Positions 37,989-48,000 of a stretch of 64,000 nt of DNA are shown piece after piece. A model generated the notes under the pieces. That model did not search any database, was not told the origin of the DNA, and worked only from the letters and a program-made list of their open reading frames with translations. How positions within the stretch are numbered: position 1 is the stretch's first letter; each line of letters begins with the position of its first letter. Source of the stretch: Pseudomonadota bacterium (GTDB lineage: Bacteria > Desulfobacterota > Binatia > Binatales > Binataceae). The DNA lies in the NCBI GenBank assembly GCA_021325025.1, contig JAJPHZ010000022.1, positions 74,646 through 138,645 on the forward strand, written 5' to 3'. Both the position numbers and the translations under genes were made by a program.

Positions 37989-38873
37989 TCACTTGGCGAT
38001 GTCCAGTTTGAAGACCTCGATCGCGTTGTCCCGCAGGTAGCGGCGCTTGACTTCGTCCTTGAGCGGCACCGCCCATCCTTCCTGCGAGCAGCGCTGCATC
38101 GGCAGAATCGGATAGTCGCTGGACCACAGGATTTTGTTCGCGCCGCGCGTGTTGGCCAGATTCCACAGCTCCTGCGGCACGTGCTTGGGGGCCCAGCCCG
38201 AGGTGATCATGTAGAAGTTGGGAAACTTCTGCAGCAGCGCGACAGTTTCCAGATGCCAGGGGTGGCCGACGTGGGTGCCGACCACGGTCAATTCCGGAAA
38301 GGCCAGCAGCACCTCGTCCAGGTTCATCGGCTGCTGCAATCTGGCCTGGCGCAGCGGACCCGGCACCCCGCAATTGATCTTGACCGTCATGCCGAGCTCC
38401 ACGCACTTGGCATAAACCGGGAAGTAGCAGGCGTGATTGGCGGGCAGGCCAACCAGCGCCGGCATCATCCAAATCGACCGGAAACCATACTCCTTGTAGG
38501 CACGCTCGACCTGCCGCACGGCACGCATCATCCCGGTCGGATCGATCGCGGCGCATCCGTAAAGCCGCCCCGGATAGCGCTTGATGATGTCGGCCACTTC
38601 CTTGCAGGCGGCGTTGAAGGTCTCGTCGGTGATGCGCTGGCCGACGGCATAGGGACCGGCGGGCAGCTCGGGTTGCCCGGTCGCGGTCAGAATCGCGGCC
38701 TCGATCGAGCATTCATCCATGTCGGCCACCATCTGTTCGACCGTCGCCCCTTCCATCAGCGCCTTGGAATTGCGGAACCAGCGCGCGATGTTAGGGTCCT
38801 GTGAAGGATTGGGCGCCTTGGGCGGAAGTCCGATGAAGGGGTCGATCAGTTTGAATTGCTGCGCCATTGCCAA
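37989..38873 (-). CDS. Amidohydrolase-2 family metal-dependent hydrolase/decarboxylase (ACMSD-like)
   Basis: TIM-barrel amidohydrolase-2 features (SIWMMP...HACYFP...VVGTHVGHPW...WSSDYP). Confidence 0.7.
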   Translation of the reverse strand: MAMAQQFKLIDPFIGLPPKAPNPSQDPNIARWFRNSKALMEGATVEQMVADMDECSIEAAILTATGQPELPAGPYAVGQRITDETFNAACKEVADIIKRYPGRLYGCAAIDPTGMMRAVRQVERAYKEYGFRSIWMMPALVGLPANHACYFPVYAKCVELGMTVKINCGVPGPLRQARLQQPMNLDEVLLAFPELTVVGTHVGHPWHLETVALLQKFPNFYMITSGWAPKHVPQELWNLANTRGANKILWSSDYPILPMQRCSQEGWAVPLKDEVKRRYLRDNAIEVFKLDIAK

Positions 38874-38909
38874 CCTCCTGCGGGTTTCAAATCAAAGCGT
38901 TACTCGCGC

Positions 38910-40625
38910 CTAGCGGCCCTTGGCCGGAATCACCGGCAGCACGACGTGAGAAGGATGCTGCGGATCGTGGAAAACGCTCTGCACGGCGGGCCGCGTATGC
39001 CGCGCCAGGGCGGCCGGCTCGCCGGTGTTGGGGTTGCGATCGAACTTGGGGAAATTGCTGCTGGCGATCTCCAGCCGGATCTGATGGCCGGGCAGGAAGA
39101 CGTTTCCGGTGCCGTGCAGATCGATGGTGAATTCGTAGACCTCGCCCGGCGCCATCAGCTCCGCACGCGCCGGCGAGTTGCGGTAACGCGCCCGAATCAG
39201 CCCGTCGCACAGGTTGGCGGCGTAGCCGTTTGGGGCGACGTCGACCAGCTTGGCGCTGAAGTCGGTATCCGGCGCGGAACTGGAGGCATACAGCACCACC
39301 TTGACCGGACCGGTGACTTCGAGCGCTTCGCCCAGCGGCGGCGTCGAGTAGACCAGCACGTCGGAGCGGCCTTCCACGGAGCGCTGATCGTAGATGCCGC
39401 CGGCGCCGACGGTGGGGGTTGGATTCAATGGGTTGTATAAAAACACGTCAGGCGGTTGCGACGACGGTGTGTCGCGGCTCAGCCGGCCGTCGCCGCCGGC
39501 CGAATTGGCGCGTCCGCCGCTGTGCAGGTAAAAGCGCGTCCACTGCGTGCCCTCCAGCGGCCACTCCCGCTCCCGGCGCCATCCCTTGTTCATCACGTAC
39601 ACGCGCACCGGCGCCTCGGAAACGACCCAGTTGTCGGCGTCGCGCAGCCAATGGTCGAACCATCCCAGCTTGGTTTCGCTCAGCGGCACCAGCGAACGCC
39701 ATCCGTAATCGCGCTCTCCGATCGGCGAAAGCTGCGATTGCAGCGAGCCGTGCACCCACGGCCCGAAGATCAGACGCTGGCCGGCGCGGGCGCGCTCGGT
39801 CGCCGCGTGCCGGCGCAGGCCGGTGAAATTGTGCAGCGCGCCGGCCACGAACAGGTCGTACCATCCGCCCATGTGCAGGGCTGGCACGGCGACGCGGTCG
39901 TGATGGGCGATAATGTTGAAGCGCCGCCAGTACTCGCCGTCATCGGGATGCATCAGCCAGTCATAGAAGTAGGGCGCCAGGCCCTCCAGCTTCAGCAGCG
40001 GCAACTCCGCCAGCGGCAAATGCGACAGCGTGCGGCGCAGCCGCTCAAGGCCGTCGAGCAGGCGCTCGCGCTCGGCTTGACGCTGCGTGGGCGAGAGCGG
40101 CAGGCGATCCAGATGCGGGACGGCCAGGAACTGCGCGGCCCAGGCGGCGACGAAGCCGAGCCGGAAGGCGCCGCCCTCGTAGATCCAGCCGTTGTGGAAA
40201 TCGGCGGCGCTGACCACCGGGCAGATCGCCGACAGATGGGGCGGGGCGGCAGTCGCCGCCAGCAACTGGGTAGCGCCCACGTAGGACGTGCCAAACATCC
40301 CGATTCGGGCGTTTGACCACGGCTGGGCGGCGCACCATTCCACGGTGTCATAGCCGTCGTCGATGTCGCACAAAAACGGCACGAATTCGCCCTCGGAGGC
40401 GAAGCGGCCCCGGCAGTCCTGGATCACCACCGCGTAGCCCGCTTCAACCGCGTTGAGCACGTGCACCGTATCCAGCACCATGCGCGGCAGGGTCTTGCCG
40501 TACGGCGTGCGCTCCAGCAGCACCGGGTAGCGGCCGGGTGCGCCGGGCCGATAAAGGTCGGCGCGCAGCACTACGCCGTCGCGCATCGGCACCGGAACGT
40601 TCTTTTCAATCACTATGTCAGCCAC
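38910..40625 (-). CDS. CocE/NonD-family (X-Pro dipeptidyl-peptidase S15) hydrolase
   Basis: N-terminal segments PVPMRDGVVLRADLYRP, RTPYGK, and GMFGTSYVG. Length 571 aa with a C-terminal beta-sandwich. Confidence 0.8.
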   Translation of the reverse strand: MADIVIEKNVPVPMRDGVVLRADLYRPGAPGRYPVLLERTPYGKTLPRMVLDTVHVLNAVEAGYAVVIQDCRGRFASEGEFVPFLCDIDDGYDTVEWCAAQPWSNARIGMFGTSYVGATQLLAATAAPPHLSAICPVVSAADFHNGWIYEGGAFRLGFVAAWAAQFLAVPHLDRLPLSPTQRQAERERLLDGLERLRRTLSHLPLAELPLLKLEGLAPYFYDWLMHPDDGEYWRRFNIIAHHDRVAVPALHMGGWYDLFVAGALHNFTGLRRHAATERARAGQRLIFGPWVHGSLQSQLSPIGERDYGWRSLVPLSETKLGWFDHWLRDADNWVVSEAPVRVYVMNKGWRREREWPLEGTQWTRFYLHSGGRANSAGGDGRLSRDTPSSQPPDVFLYNPLNPTPTVGAGGIYDQRSVEGRSDVLVYSTPPLGEALEVTGPVKVVLYASSSAPDTDFSAKLVDVAPNGYAANLCDGLIRARYRNSPARAELMAPGEVYEFTIDLHGTGNVFLPGHQIRLEIASSNFPKFDRNPNTGEPAALARHTRPAVQSVFHDPQHPSHVVLPVIPAKGR

Positions 40626-40707
40626 CTGCAGTCATCCCTCGTGTCGATAGCCTGCCTGGAAACGGCCTGGCGCAATGGAAGCGGGCACCGGTGGGGGGCA
40701 CGCGGTG

Positions 40708-41826
40708 TCAGAGGCCCAAAGCTCTGGCCACCCGCTCCAAGTGGTCTTCGTTGGTGCCCATCATGACCTCTTCAGAGCGAGCGCGGCGGTAGTAGAACTG
40801 AAGGTCATACTCCTCCATGTAGCCAATGCCGCCATGGAGTTGGACGGCATTGGAAACCGCGAAGGTATAAGCCTGGCCGGCGAAGGCCTTGGCCGCGCCG
40901 ACCTCGAAATTACCTCCCAGCCCGCGGTCCATCGCCCACACCGCCTGGCGCGCGGCCAGTTCCGCGCCGTCGGCCATAATCGCCATGTCCGCGCAGATAT
41001 GCTGGACCGCCTGGAAGGTCGCCAGCGCGCGCCCGAACTGCACGCGCATCTTGGTGTATTCCACCGTCATTTCCAGCACCTGGCGCGTGCCGCCGGCCAT
41101 CTCGGCGGCGCGCAGAGCACAGAGCCGATTGAAGGTTCGCTCCATGATCGGCCATCCGCGGTCGCGCTCCCCGACCAGGTCGCCGGCAGCCGCGAGGACG
41201 CTCTCAAAGCCGAGTTCGGCCGCCGGGTCGCCGCCGGTTGTGGCCAGGCGTCGCCGCGCCAATCCCGGGGCGTCGCCGGCAACCAGCATCAGCGTCACCG
41301 CGTCATCGGAACCGGCCTGGCCGGCGCGGCCCGAGCAGAGCAGCAGATGGGCCGCATCCCCATATTCGACGAAACGTTTGAGGCCGCTCAGCCGGTACCC
41401 GTCGCTCACGGGCGTCATCGCGAGCTTGACCGCCGACGGTATCGGACGCGGGTCGGCTTCGCTGAAAGCGGGCACGACAATCAGGTCGCCGGCGATGATC
41501 TTGGCGACCAGGTCGGTGCGTCCCGCTTCCAGCAGCGTCAAGCCCGCCGCCACCGTATGGATGTAAGGGCTGGGCAGACAGGCGCGCCCCAGTTCCTCCG
41601 CCAGCAAGCCCGCGTCAATCAGGCTGCCGCCCACGCCGCCAACGCTTTCAGGAAAAGGCATGGCCAGCCATCCGAGCGCTGCCATCTGGCGCCACAGCGC
41701 GGGCGAATAACCCAGCGGGTCGGATTCGATCCGCCGAATCACGCTCTTGGGCGCTTCCTTGGCCAAAAAGCCGCGCGCGCTGTCGCGCAACATGGTCTGC
41801 GCTTCACTCCATCCCAGGTCAATCAC
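40708..41826 (-). CDS. Acyl-CoA dehydrogenase-family protein
   Basis: ACAD C-terminal region (QFGRALATFQAVQHICADMA...LHGGIGYMEEY). Confidence 0.8.
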   Translation of the reverse strand: MIDLGWSEAQTMLRDSARGFLAKEAPKSVIRRIESDPLGYSPALWRQMAALGWLAMPFPESVGGVGGSLIDAGLLAEELGRACLPSPYIHTVAAGLTLLEAGRTDLVAKIIAGDLIVVPAFSEADPRPIPSAVKLAMTPVSDGYRLSGLKRFVEYGDAAHLLLCSGRAGQAGSDDAVTLMLVAGDAPGLARRRLATTGGDPAAELGFESVLAAAGDLVGERDRGWPIMERTFNRLCALRAAEMAGGTRQVLEMTVEYTKMRVQFGRALATFQAVQHICADMAIMADGAELAARQAVWAMDRGLGGNFEVGAAKAFAGQAYTFAVSNAVQLHGGIGYMEEYDLQFYYRRARSEEVMMGTNEDHLERVARALGL

Positions 41827-41855
41827 ATCGCTCTCCGAAAATTCGGTCTATCGCC

Positions 41856-43019
41856 CTAGCCCCGCGGCATCCCCAGACCGCGTTGGGCGATGATGTTGCG
41901 CATCACCTCGTTGGTGCCGCCCGCGAACTTGTACAGCGGGAAACTGCGATACAGCTTCTCCAGGCGTCCTTCAATGGGCGCCGCCGGGTCTTCGGCGCGC
42001 AGCGTGGCATAGGGGCCCATGATGTCCTGCGCGGCGACTGCGATACGCTGGTTGAGTTCGCTCATGAAGATCTTGAAGACCGAGGCCTCCACATTGGGCA
42101 CCTGGCCGCACTCGATCATCCAGGCGCTGCGCAGCGAGAACAGGCGCAAGACTTCGACCTCGACCGCCAGCCGGGCCAGTGCGATGCGCACGCGCGGATG
42201 GCGGCTGAGCGGACACCCGTCGACCACCGTGCTTCTGGCGTAATCCATCAGATGCTCCAGGTAGCGGCGAGTCCGGTTGTGGGCCATCAGCCGCTCGAAG
42301 TCCAGTGCCATCGTCACGTAATACCATCCGCGGTTCTCCTCGCCGACCAGGTTGCCGGCAGGGATGCGGACGTCTTCGAAGAACACCTCGTTGCTGCGCT
42401 CGCTGCCCATCGTGGCCAGCGGGCGGACGGTCACGCCGGGCGCGTCGATCGGAACGATGAAGATGGACAGCCCCCGATGCTTGGCCGCCTTGGGATCGGT
42501 GCGTGCCAGCAGCCAGATGTGGGTCGAATGATGGGCGGCGGAGGTGTAGATCTTCTGCCCGTTGATAACGTAGCTGTCACCCTCGCGCACGGCGCGGGTC
42601 TGCAGCGAGGCCAAATCGGAGCCGGCGTTGGGCTCGGTGTAGCCGATTGCGAATTCGATCTCGCCGGTCAGGATGCGCGGCAGATACTCCTGCTTCTGCC
42701 GTTCCGAGCCGACTCGCATCAGGGTCGGCCCGGCGGAGTTGAGCGTCAGTCCGCCGGTGGGCAGGTTCTCCAGCGCCATCTCCTCCAAAAACAGCCATTG
42801 ATCGATGGCGCCGCGCCCCTGCCCGCCGTACTCGCGCGGCCAACCGATGCCGAGCCAGCCCTGCTGGCCCATCAGGCGGACGAATTGTTTCCCCAGCGGT
42901 CCGATTGCGTATTGCTCGCGCTCGACCTCCGCGCGCAGTTCCGGAGTCAGATGTTCGTGGATGAACTGCCTGACCTGCTTTTGAAACGATTCCTGCTCCG
43001 GGGTGAGGGAGAAATCCAC
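41856..43019 (-). CDS. Acyl-CoA dehydrogenase
   Basis: N-terminus MDFSLTPEQESFQKQVRQF. Middle region YTEPNAGSDLASL...YVINGQKIYTS. C-terminus FAGGTNEVMRNIIA. Confidence 0.85.
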   Translation of the reverse strand: MDFSLTPEQESFQKQVRQFIHEHLTPELRAEVEREQYAIGPLGKQFVRLMGQQGWLGIGWPREYGGQGRGAIDQWLFLEEMALENLPTGGLTLNSAGPTLMRVGSERQKQEYLPRILTGEIEFAIGYTEPNAGSDLASLQTRAVREGDSYVINGQKIYTSAAHHSTHIWLLARTDPKAAKHRGLSIFIVPIDAPGVTVRPLATMGSERSNEVFFEDVRIPAGNLVGEENRGWYYVTMALDFERLMAHNRTRRYLEHLMDYARSTVVDGCPLSRHPRVRIALARLAVEVEVLRLFSLRSAWMIECGQVPNVEASVFKIFMSELNQRIAVAAQDIMGPYATLRAEDPAAPIEGRLEKLYRSFPLYKFAGGTNEVMRNIIAQRGLGMPRG

Positions 43020-43040
43020 CGACGCCTCCGTACTCTCGCT

Positions 43041-43895
43041 CTACCAGTTCCAGTAGCGTCCCGAAAAACGCCGGTTGCGCTCTTCGATGCCGCCGCGCAA
43101 TCCCTTTTTGCGCACCTCTTCGCGGAAGTCGAATTCGTCGGGCTTGCGCTTTATCTGCAGGGCCAGCGGATGGATGGTGTAATGGGGCAGGAAGAAGCTC
43201 GGGATGCCCAGCGTGCCGTAGATTTCGTGCTGGAAAGATTTGGCGAAAGCCAGGCTGTCGCGCGGCAGACTGCACAGCGCGTGGATCAACTCGTTGACTT
43301 CGTCGTCGAGCTTTTCCATCGGCACCGCGTGGTTGATGAAGTTAAAGCGCTCGGCTTCCTCGGCGGTGAATTTGCGCCCGGTCATAAGCAATTCGCGCGC
43401 GCGCTTAAGTCCGCATTGCATCACTACGAAGGGAAAACACCAAACCCCTCCCGCGTCGCCGTAGCGCGATTCGGGAAAGCCGAACACGGTGTTGTCCGAA
43501 GCGATGGCAAAGTCGGCGACCAGGGTCAGGAACAGCCCCGCGCCGATACAGTGGCGATGGACGCGGGCGATGGTGGGCTTGAGCACGAACATCATGTCGC
43601 GCATGACTTCGGTGCGAAAGCGCAGGGCGTAGATGCCGTCGCGGACGTTGTTTTCGCCCACATCCGCGCCTTCATAGAAGAGGTCGGGGTCGCGCAGGTC
43701 GAAACCGACGCAAAAGGTGTCGCCCTTGCCCATCAGCTCGATCACCTTGACATCGTCGTCCTGCTCGGCACGGTGGTAGGCCTCGACGATTTGGGTGAAC
43801 ATCGGGTCGGTCAGGGCATTGCGCCGTTCCGGGCGGTTGAGAATCACCTTCGCTACCGGGCCGTCCTTTTCGTATAAAATCGCGTCGTCGCTCAT
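43041..43895 (-). CDS. Enoyl-CoA hydratase/isomerase (crotonase) family protein
   Basis: Crotonase-fold opening ILYEKDGPVAKVILNRPERRNAL, then GKGDTFCVGFDL...HCIGAGL. Confidence 0.8.
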   Translation of the reverse strand: MSDDAILYEKDGPVAKVILNRPERRNALTDPMFTQIVEAYHRAEQDDDVKVIELMGKGDTFCVGFDLRDPDLFYEGADVGENNVRDGIYALRFRTEVMRDMMFVLKPTIARVHRHCIGAGLFLTLVADFAIASDNTVFGFPESRYGDAGGVWCFPFVVMQCGLKRARELLMTGRKFTAEEAERFNFINHAVPMEKLDDEVNELIHALCSLPRDSLAFAKSFQHEIYGTLGIPSFFLPHYTIHPLALQIKRKPDEFDFREEVRKKGLRGGIEERNRRFSGRYWNW

Positions 43896-44434
43896 GGTTT
43901 CCTCCCTGGCCGTTGGCCAATCCGAAAACAGTAGGTACTACGAGCGCGGCCCGCGTGCCAACCAGCAGAGCGCGGCCTGAACCGCGCTGTCGTTCGTAGT
44001 ACCGCGCAAGAATCCCAAGCCGGACGAACAAGTTTCCGCGACCCAAACCGGCTGGTAATAGCTGAGCACCGGAAGAAAAACGCGGTGCTGCACAAAGCTC
44101 TTGGTCCGCAGGCCCCCAAAAGGAGTTGAACGAGAGCTCCGTGGGGTTGCATTTTTTCTGCGGTCAAGGCAAATCTTAGAGTCGCATTGGAAGTCGATGG
44201 CAAGATTGGCGGCATAAAAAAAACGCGCGGCGGAACAGACCCCATTTTCTGCAAATTAACGATGTCCAAGTTTAGCTATTGATTTCAGAATTTACGTCTG
44301 ATAGTTGTTTTGCCGCAAGACGCTGAAACGATGGCGGAGCAGGTTTTTCTCCTTCATTTCTTTTGATGACCCCGTCATCTATGTATCATTGGCGAGGTTA
44401 AGGCAGATTGGAAAAGCGTGACGAGCTTCCGAAC

Positions 44435-44474
44435 GGTTCCTTCGTTTTAAGGAACCCTTGGTCATTTTCCGATC
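44435..44474 (+). other. Strong stem-loop (8-bp stem GGTTCCTT/AAGGAACC, 6-nt loop) followed by a T-rich tract, inside the 1.15-kb intergenic region
   Basis: Perfect complementarity is seen directly in the sequence, followed by cttggtcattttcc. It is terminator-like but has no upstream protein gene on this strand. Confidence 0.3.
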
Positions 44475-45043
44475 TTACTGACGAGGCCAGCATAATGCTG
44501 AAGCCAGAGTGTTCAATTCGCTAGCTTCTTGGGCTCTGGCTGCAGTTGTGGGGGCTCCGGAGTTGCTGACTTGTGGGAAATCCCGAAAGTTTGCGCCAGT
44601 TTGCGGAAAGCTGACCGCAAATCTGTGTGGCTAGCGGCTCCAAGATGCTAGCGGACGGCTCCGGAGGCTGTGGACATCCTCTGGACCGAAAACGGGTTGC
44701 CGATCGAAGGAACGGCCGACCCGGTGGGCTGCATTGACGCGTTAAAGGGGGTTATCGTTAAAAGCAGCACGTTTTTACTGCTGCGCAACAACCGTGTGGG
44801 CTTCCCAGCACGGGATGGCGGACGCGTGTTCAAAAGGCCAAGACCGCCAATCCGAAGGATTTTCGGATCAGATCTTACCTTTTATAACTTGAAAGCTGCT
44901 ATTTGTCCTCTCACCTTTGCGGAATCGGGAGCGAGGCCCGTGATTTGCCCATCCCGGCGAAACGGCTGGTTTCGCCTCGCTCCAACTCCGCCTGTCGGAC
45001 CTAAAGGCTCAATGCGTTTTTGGAGGCCGGAGGGTAGGCTCTG

Positions 45044-48000
45044 ATGGCTCAACATCACACCGTTAAATTTGGCTGGCTCGCGACAGGCGCCATCGCGGCG
45101 GCCGCGATTGCCGCTTTGTCCCTGGCCGCACAGGCACAGGTCAGCGGTGGGGGCGGATTTCCGTACCCGACCGGGGTAACGAATGGGGCACCCGTCGCGC
45201 CTGCATATGGTGCAGGCACAGCCCCACCCTCGACGAACCCGTACGCCAATCCCGCCTATGGAAGTGCGCCGTATGGAACTGCGCCCTCCGCAGCAAACCC
45301 AGGGACTAACCCGTACACGACGCCCCCTTTCGGCAGTATCCCGCCCGGAAATCCGGCCTACGGGAGTTCTGCTTACGGACAAACCGCTCCAGGCTGGCAG
45401 GGTAGCTATTCCGCAACGCAATCCTACCTGTACTGGCGCGCTGCCGCCTGTGCCCGGGACCCTCGTAACTGTAGCAACGCGCCGTACAACGGCTACCTCG
45501 GTCCGAACGATTCCTCGTCGTTGTCGAAGTTCAATCCACCGATAACCGTGCCATACGGATCGGCGCCGATGCTGGGCCCGTATGGTTCGCCCGCGATCAC
45601 AGGGCCTTACGTGCCGCCCCCGGGGGGGACCTACGCTCCTCCGGCGCTTGCCAATACTCCGTATGGGCAGCCCGCTCCCTACGCTCAGCCCGGGGGATTC
45701 GGCGCCAATGGTGTGCCCGCCAACAACTCCTTTGCTCCCACGATGAGCAACCCACCCACGGGTGCACTGACCGGCGGGGCCGCATTCGGGCCTTATGGCC
45801 AACCCCCGATGGGCTATGTGGGACCGTCCTCACCGGGCCTGGCGGCCGGATCAGCCAACCTGGCAAACACCCAGATGCCCTCGCTTAACGGTCCTCCGCC
45901 CGCAGGTGGTTTTCCCTCCTCCGGCGGCTTTCCCAACTCAGGAACCATTGGATCATCGACGTCGGCCGCGAATGGCGGTCTGAACAATGCGTCGGGCGGC
46001 AACGGTGCGGCGGGTGGGTCAGGGATTTCCAACCTGCTCGGTGGAATCGACCAGAACACCCTCAACACCGTAGCCGCACAGCTTGGCGTTTCCACCGACC
46101 AACTCAACAAGCTCAAGACGGATGTCGCGAGCGGCGCGATTGGCTCCGACCAGCTACAGCAACTGAGCGCGCGCTTTGGTGCCCTGAACTTGAGCGACAA
46201 CCAGATGAACGCGATTGGCCGAACCTTGGGATTGAGCGACGCACAGATGGGCATGATCAAGCAGACGCTTGCGTCGGCCAGAGGTTCTCAACCCGGTATG
46301 CCAAACCCGGGCTTTGGCCCACCGCCCGCCGGGATAGCGCCGATGATGCCAGCGGTAAACGCAATGCCGCTACAGGTTCCGCCCTCGCCGATCGAGGTCA
46401 AGTTCCAACAAATCGACAATCCTTTGGACCTGCCCCAACCGCCGACAACCGACAATCTGACCCAGTTTGGCTACAACTTTTTTGTCTCAGGGGTTTCAAC
46501 CTTCGCGCCGGTGGCCAATGTGCCGGTGGGCAATGACTACGTCATCGGTCCGGGCGACGAAATCGATATCCTGCTGTGGGGGCGCGTCAACACCGTCTTG
46601 AACCCGGTCGTTGATCGCCAGGGAATGATCCAGGTGACGGAAATCGGACCGTTACAGGTCGCCGGCCTCACCTTTCAGCAAGCCAAAAAGCTGATCGAAG
46701 CCAAAGCCTCCAAAATGACCGGGGTTCAGGTCGACGTGACGATGGGCCAGTTGCGCACCATCAACGTGACCGTGGCCGGCGACGTCGTTCAGCCCGGCAG
46801 CTACCAGATCAGCGCTCTGTCGCGGGTTTCCAATGCGCTGGTGGCGGCGGGCGGGGTCAGCAAGGTCGGCAGCCTGCGCAACATCGAGGTGCGTCATGGC
46901 AATCAACTGGTCGATGTGATTGACATGTACGACATCCTGTTGCACGGCAACAATTCCGCCGACCGGCGCCTGGAAGAGGGCGACGTAATCTTCGTGCCGG
47001 TGATCGGTAGCGTGGTCGGGATTGCCGGCGACGTCAAGCGTCCGGCCATCTACGAGCTCAAGAAGGACCATCCCGAGACGCTGGATGCGGCATTAAGATT
47101 GGCAGGCGGAATTACCGGCTTCGGATTCGGCGACCATCTGCAGGTCGAGCGTATCCAGGACCACAAACGCATGGTGGCGATCAACGTCAGTCTCAGACGC
47201 CTGACCAATCAGAATTTCACGATTCGCGACGGCGATGTCATCAAGGTCTACCCGGTCATGATCGGGCCGGTCAACATGGTGATGCTGTCCGGAAACGTGC
47301 GCCGGCCGGGAAATTATCCGTGGTACAAAGGCATGCGTCTGTCTGACCTGATCAAAAAGGGCGACGGTGTATTGCCTAATACCTATTTGAAATACGCACT
47401 TGTTCGGCGGCTTTCCGGTCCGGGAAAGACCACTCATTTCCTCCAGGCCGATCTGGGCGATGCCCTGGCCAACCCCAGGATCGGGCAGGGTGACATTGCC
47501 CTGCAGCCCAAGGATGAAGTCGATATCTACAACGTTGAGGACGTCCGCGACCTGCCCTCCGTCGCGGTCAATGGAGAAGTGCGCCAGCCGGGCCGTTACG
47601 TCTTCAGCCCCGATATGAAGGTCAGCGACCTGGTCTTCATGGCCGGGGGATTGAAGGATGACGCCTACCAGGATCGCGTCGTGCTGGTGCGAACCGAAGT
47701 CGGCCCCGGTGGCAAGGCACAACGCAAACATTTCGATATCGATCTGCGCTCCATCATGCAGGGCAACTACAGTCTCGACACGCCGCTTAAGGCCAATGAC
47801 GAGTTATTCATAAGGTCGGTCGTGGACTGGCAGCGTCCGCCCCAGTTCGTTGAGATCACCGGCGAAGTCCGCATACCGGGTATCTATGACTACTATCCCG
47901 GCATGCGGGTCGGTGATCTGGTAGCTCTTGCCGGGGGAACACAGGATGATGCCTTTTTGAAGCGCGCGGAGCTGGCCCGCACTGAAGTTGTAAACGGTTC

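Noticed and set aside
44484-44499. Weak sigma-54-like site GGCCAGcataaTGCT in the long intergenic region
   Set aside because: Only the GG/GC dinucleotides and spacing match. It is about 550 nt upstream of the exporter. Noted but not called.
44540-44700. Possible c-di-GMP (GEMM) riboswitch upstream of the exporter, suggested by GAAAG and CCGG-containing hairpins
   Set aside because: I could not match the GEMM-I/II conserved cores (GGCAAACC / A-minor receptor) from memory. I kept it only as unspecified structured RNA (see the 43896-45043 finding). An Rfam scan is needed.
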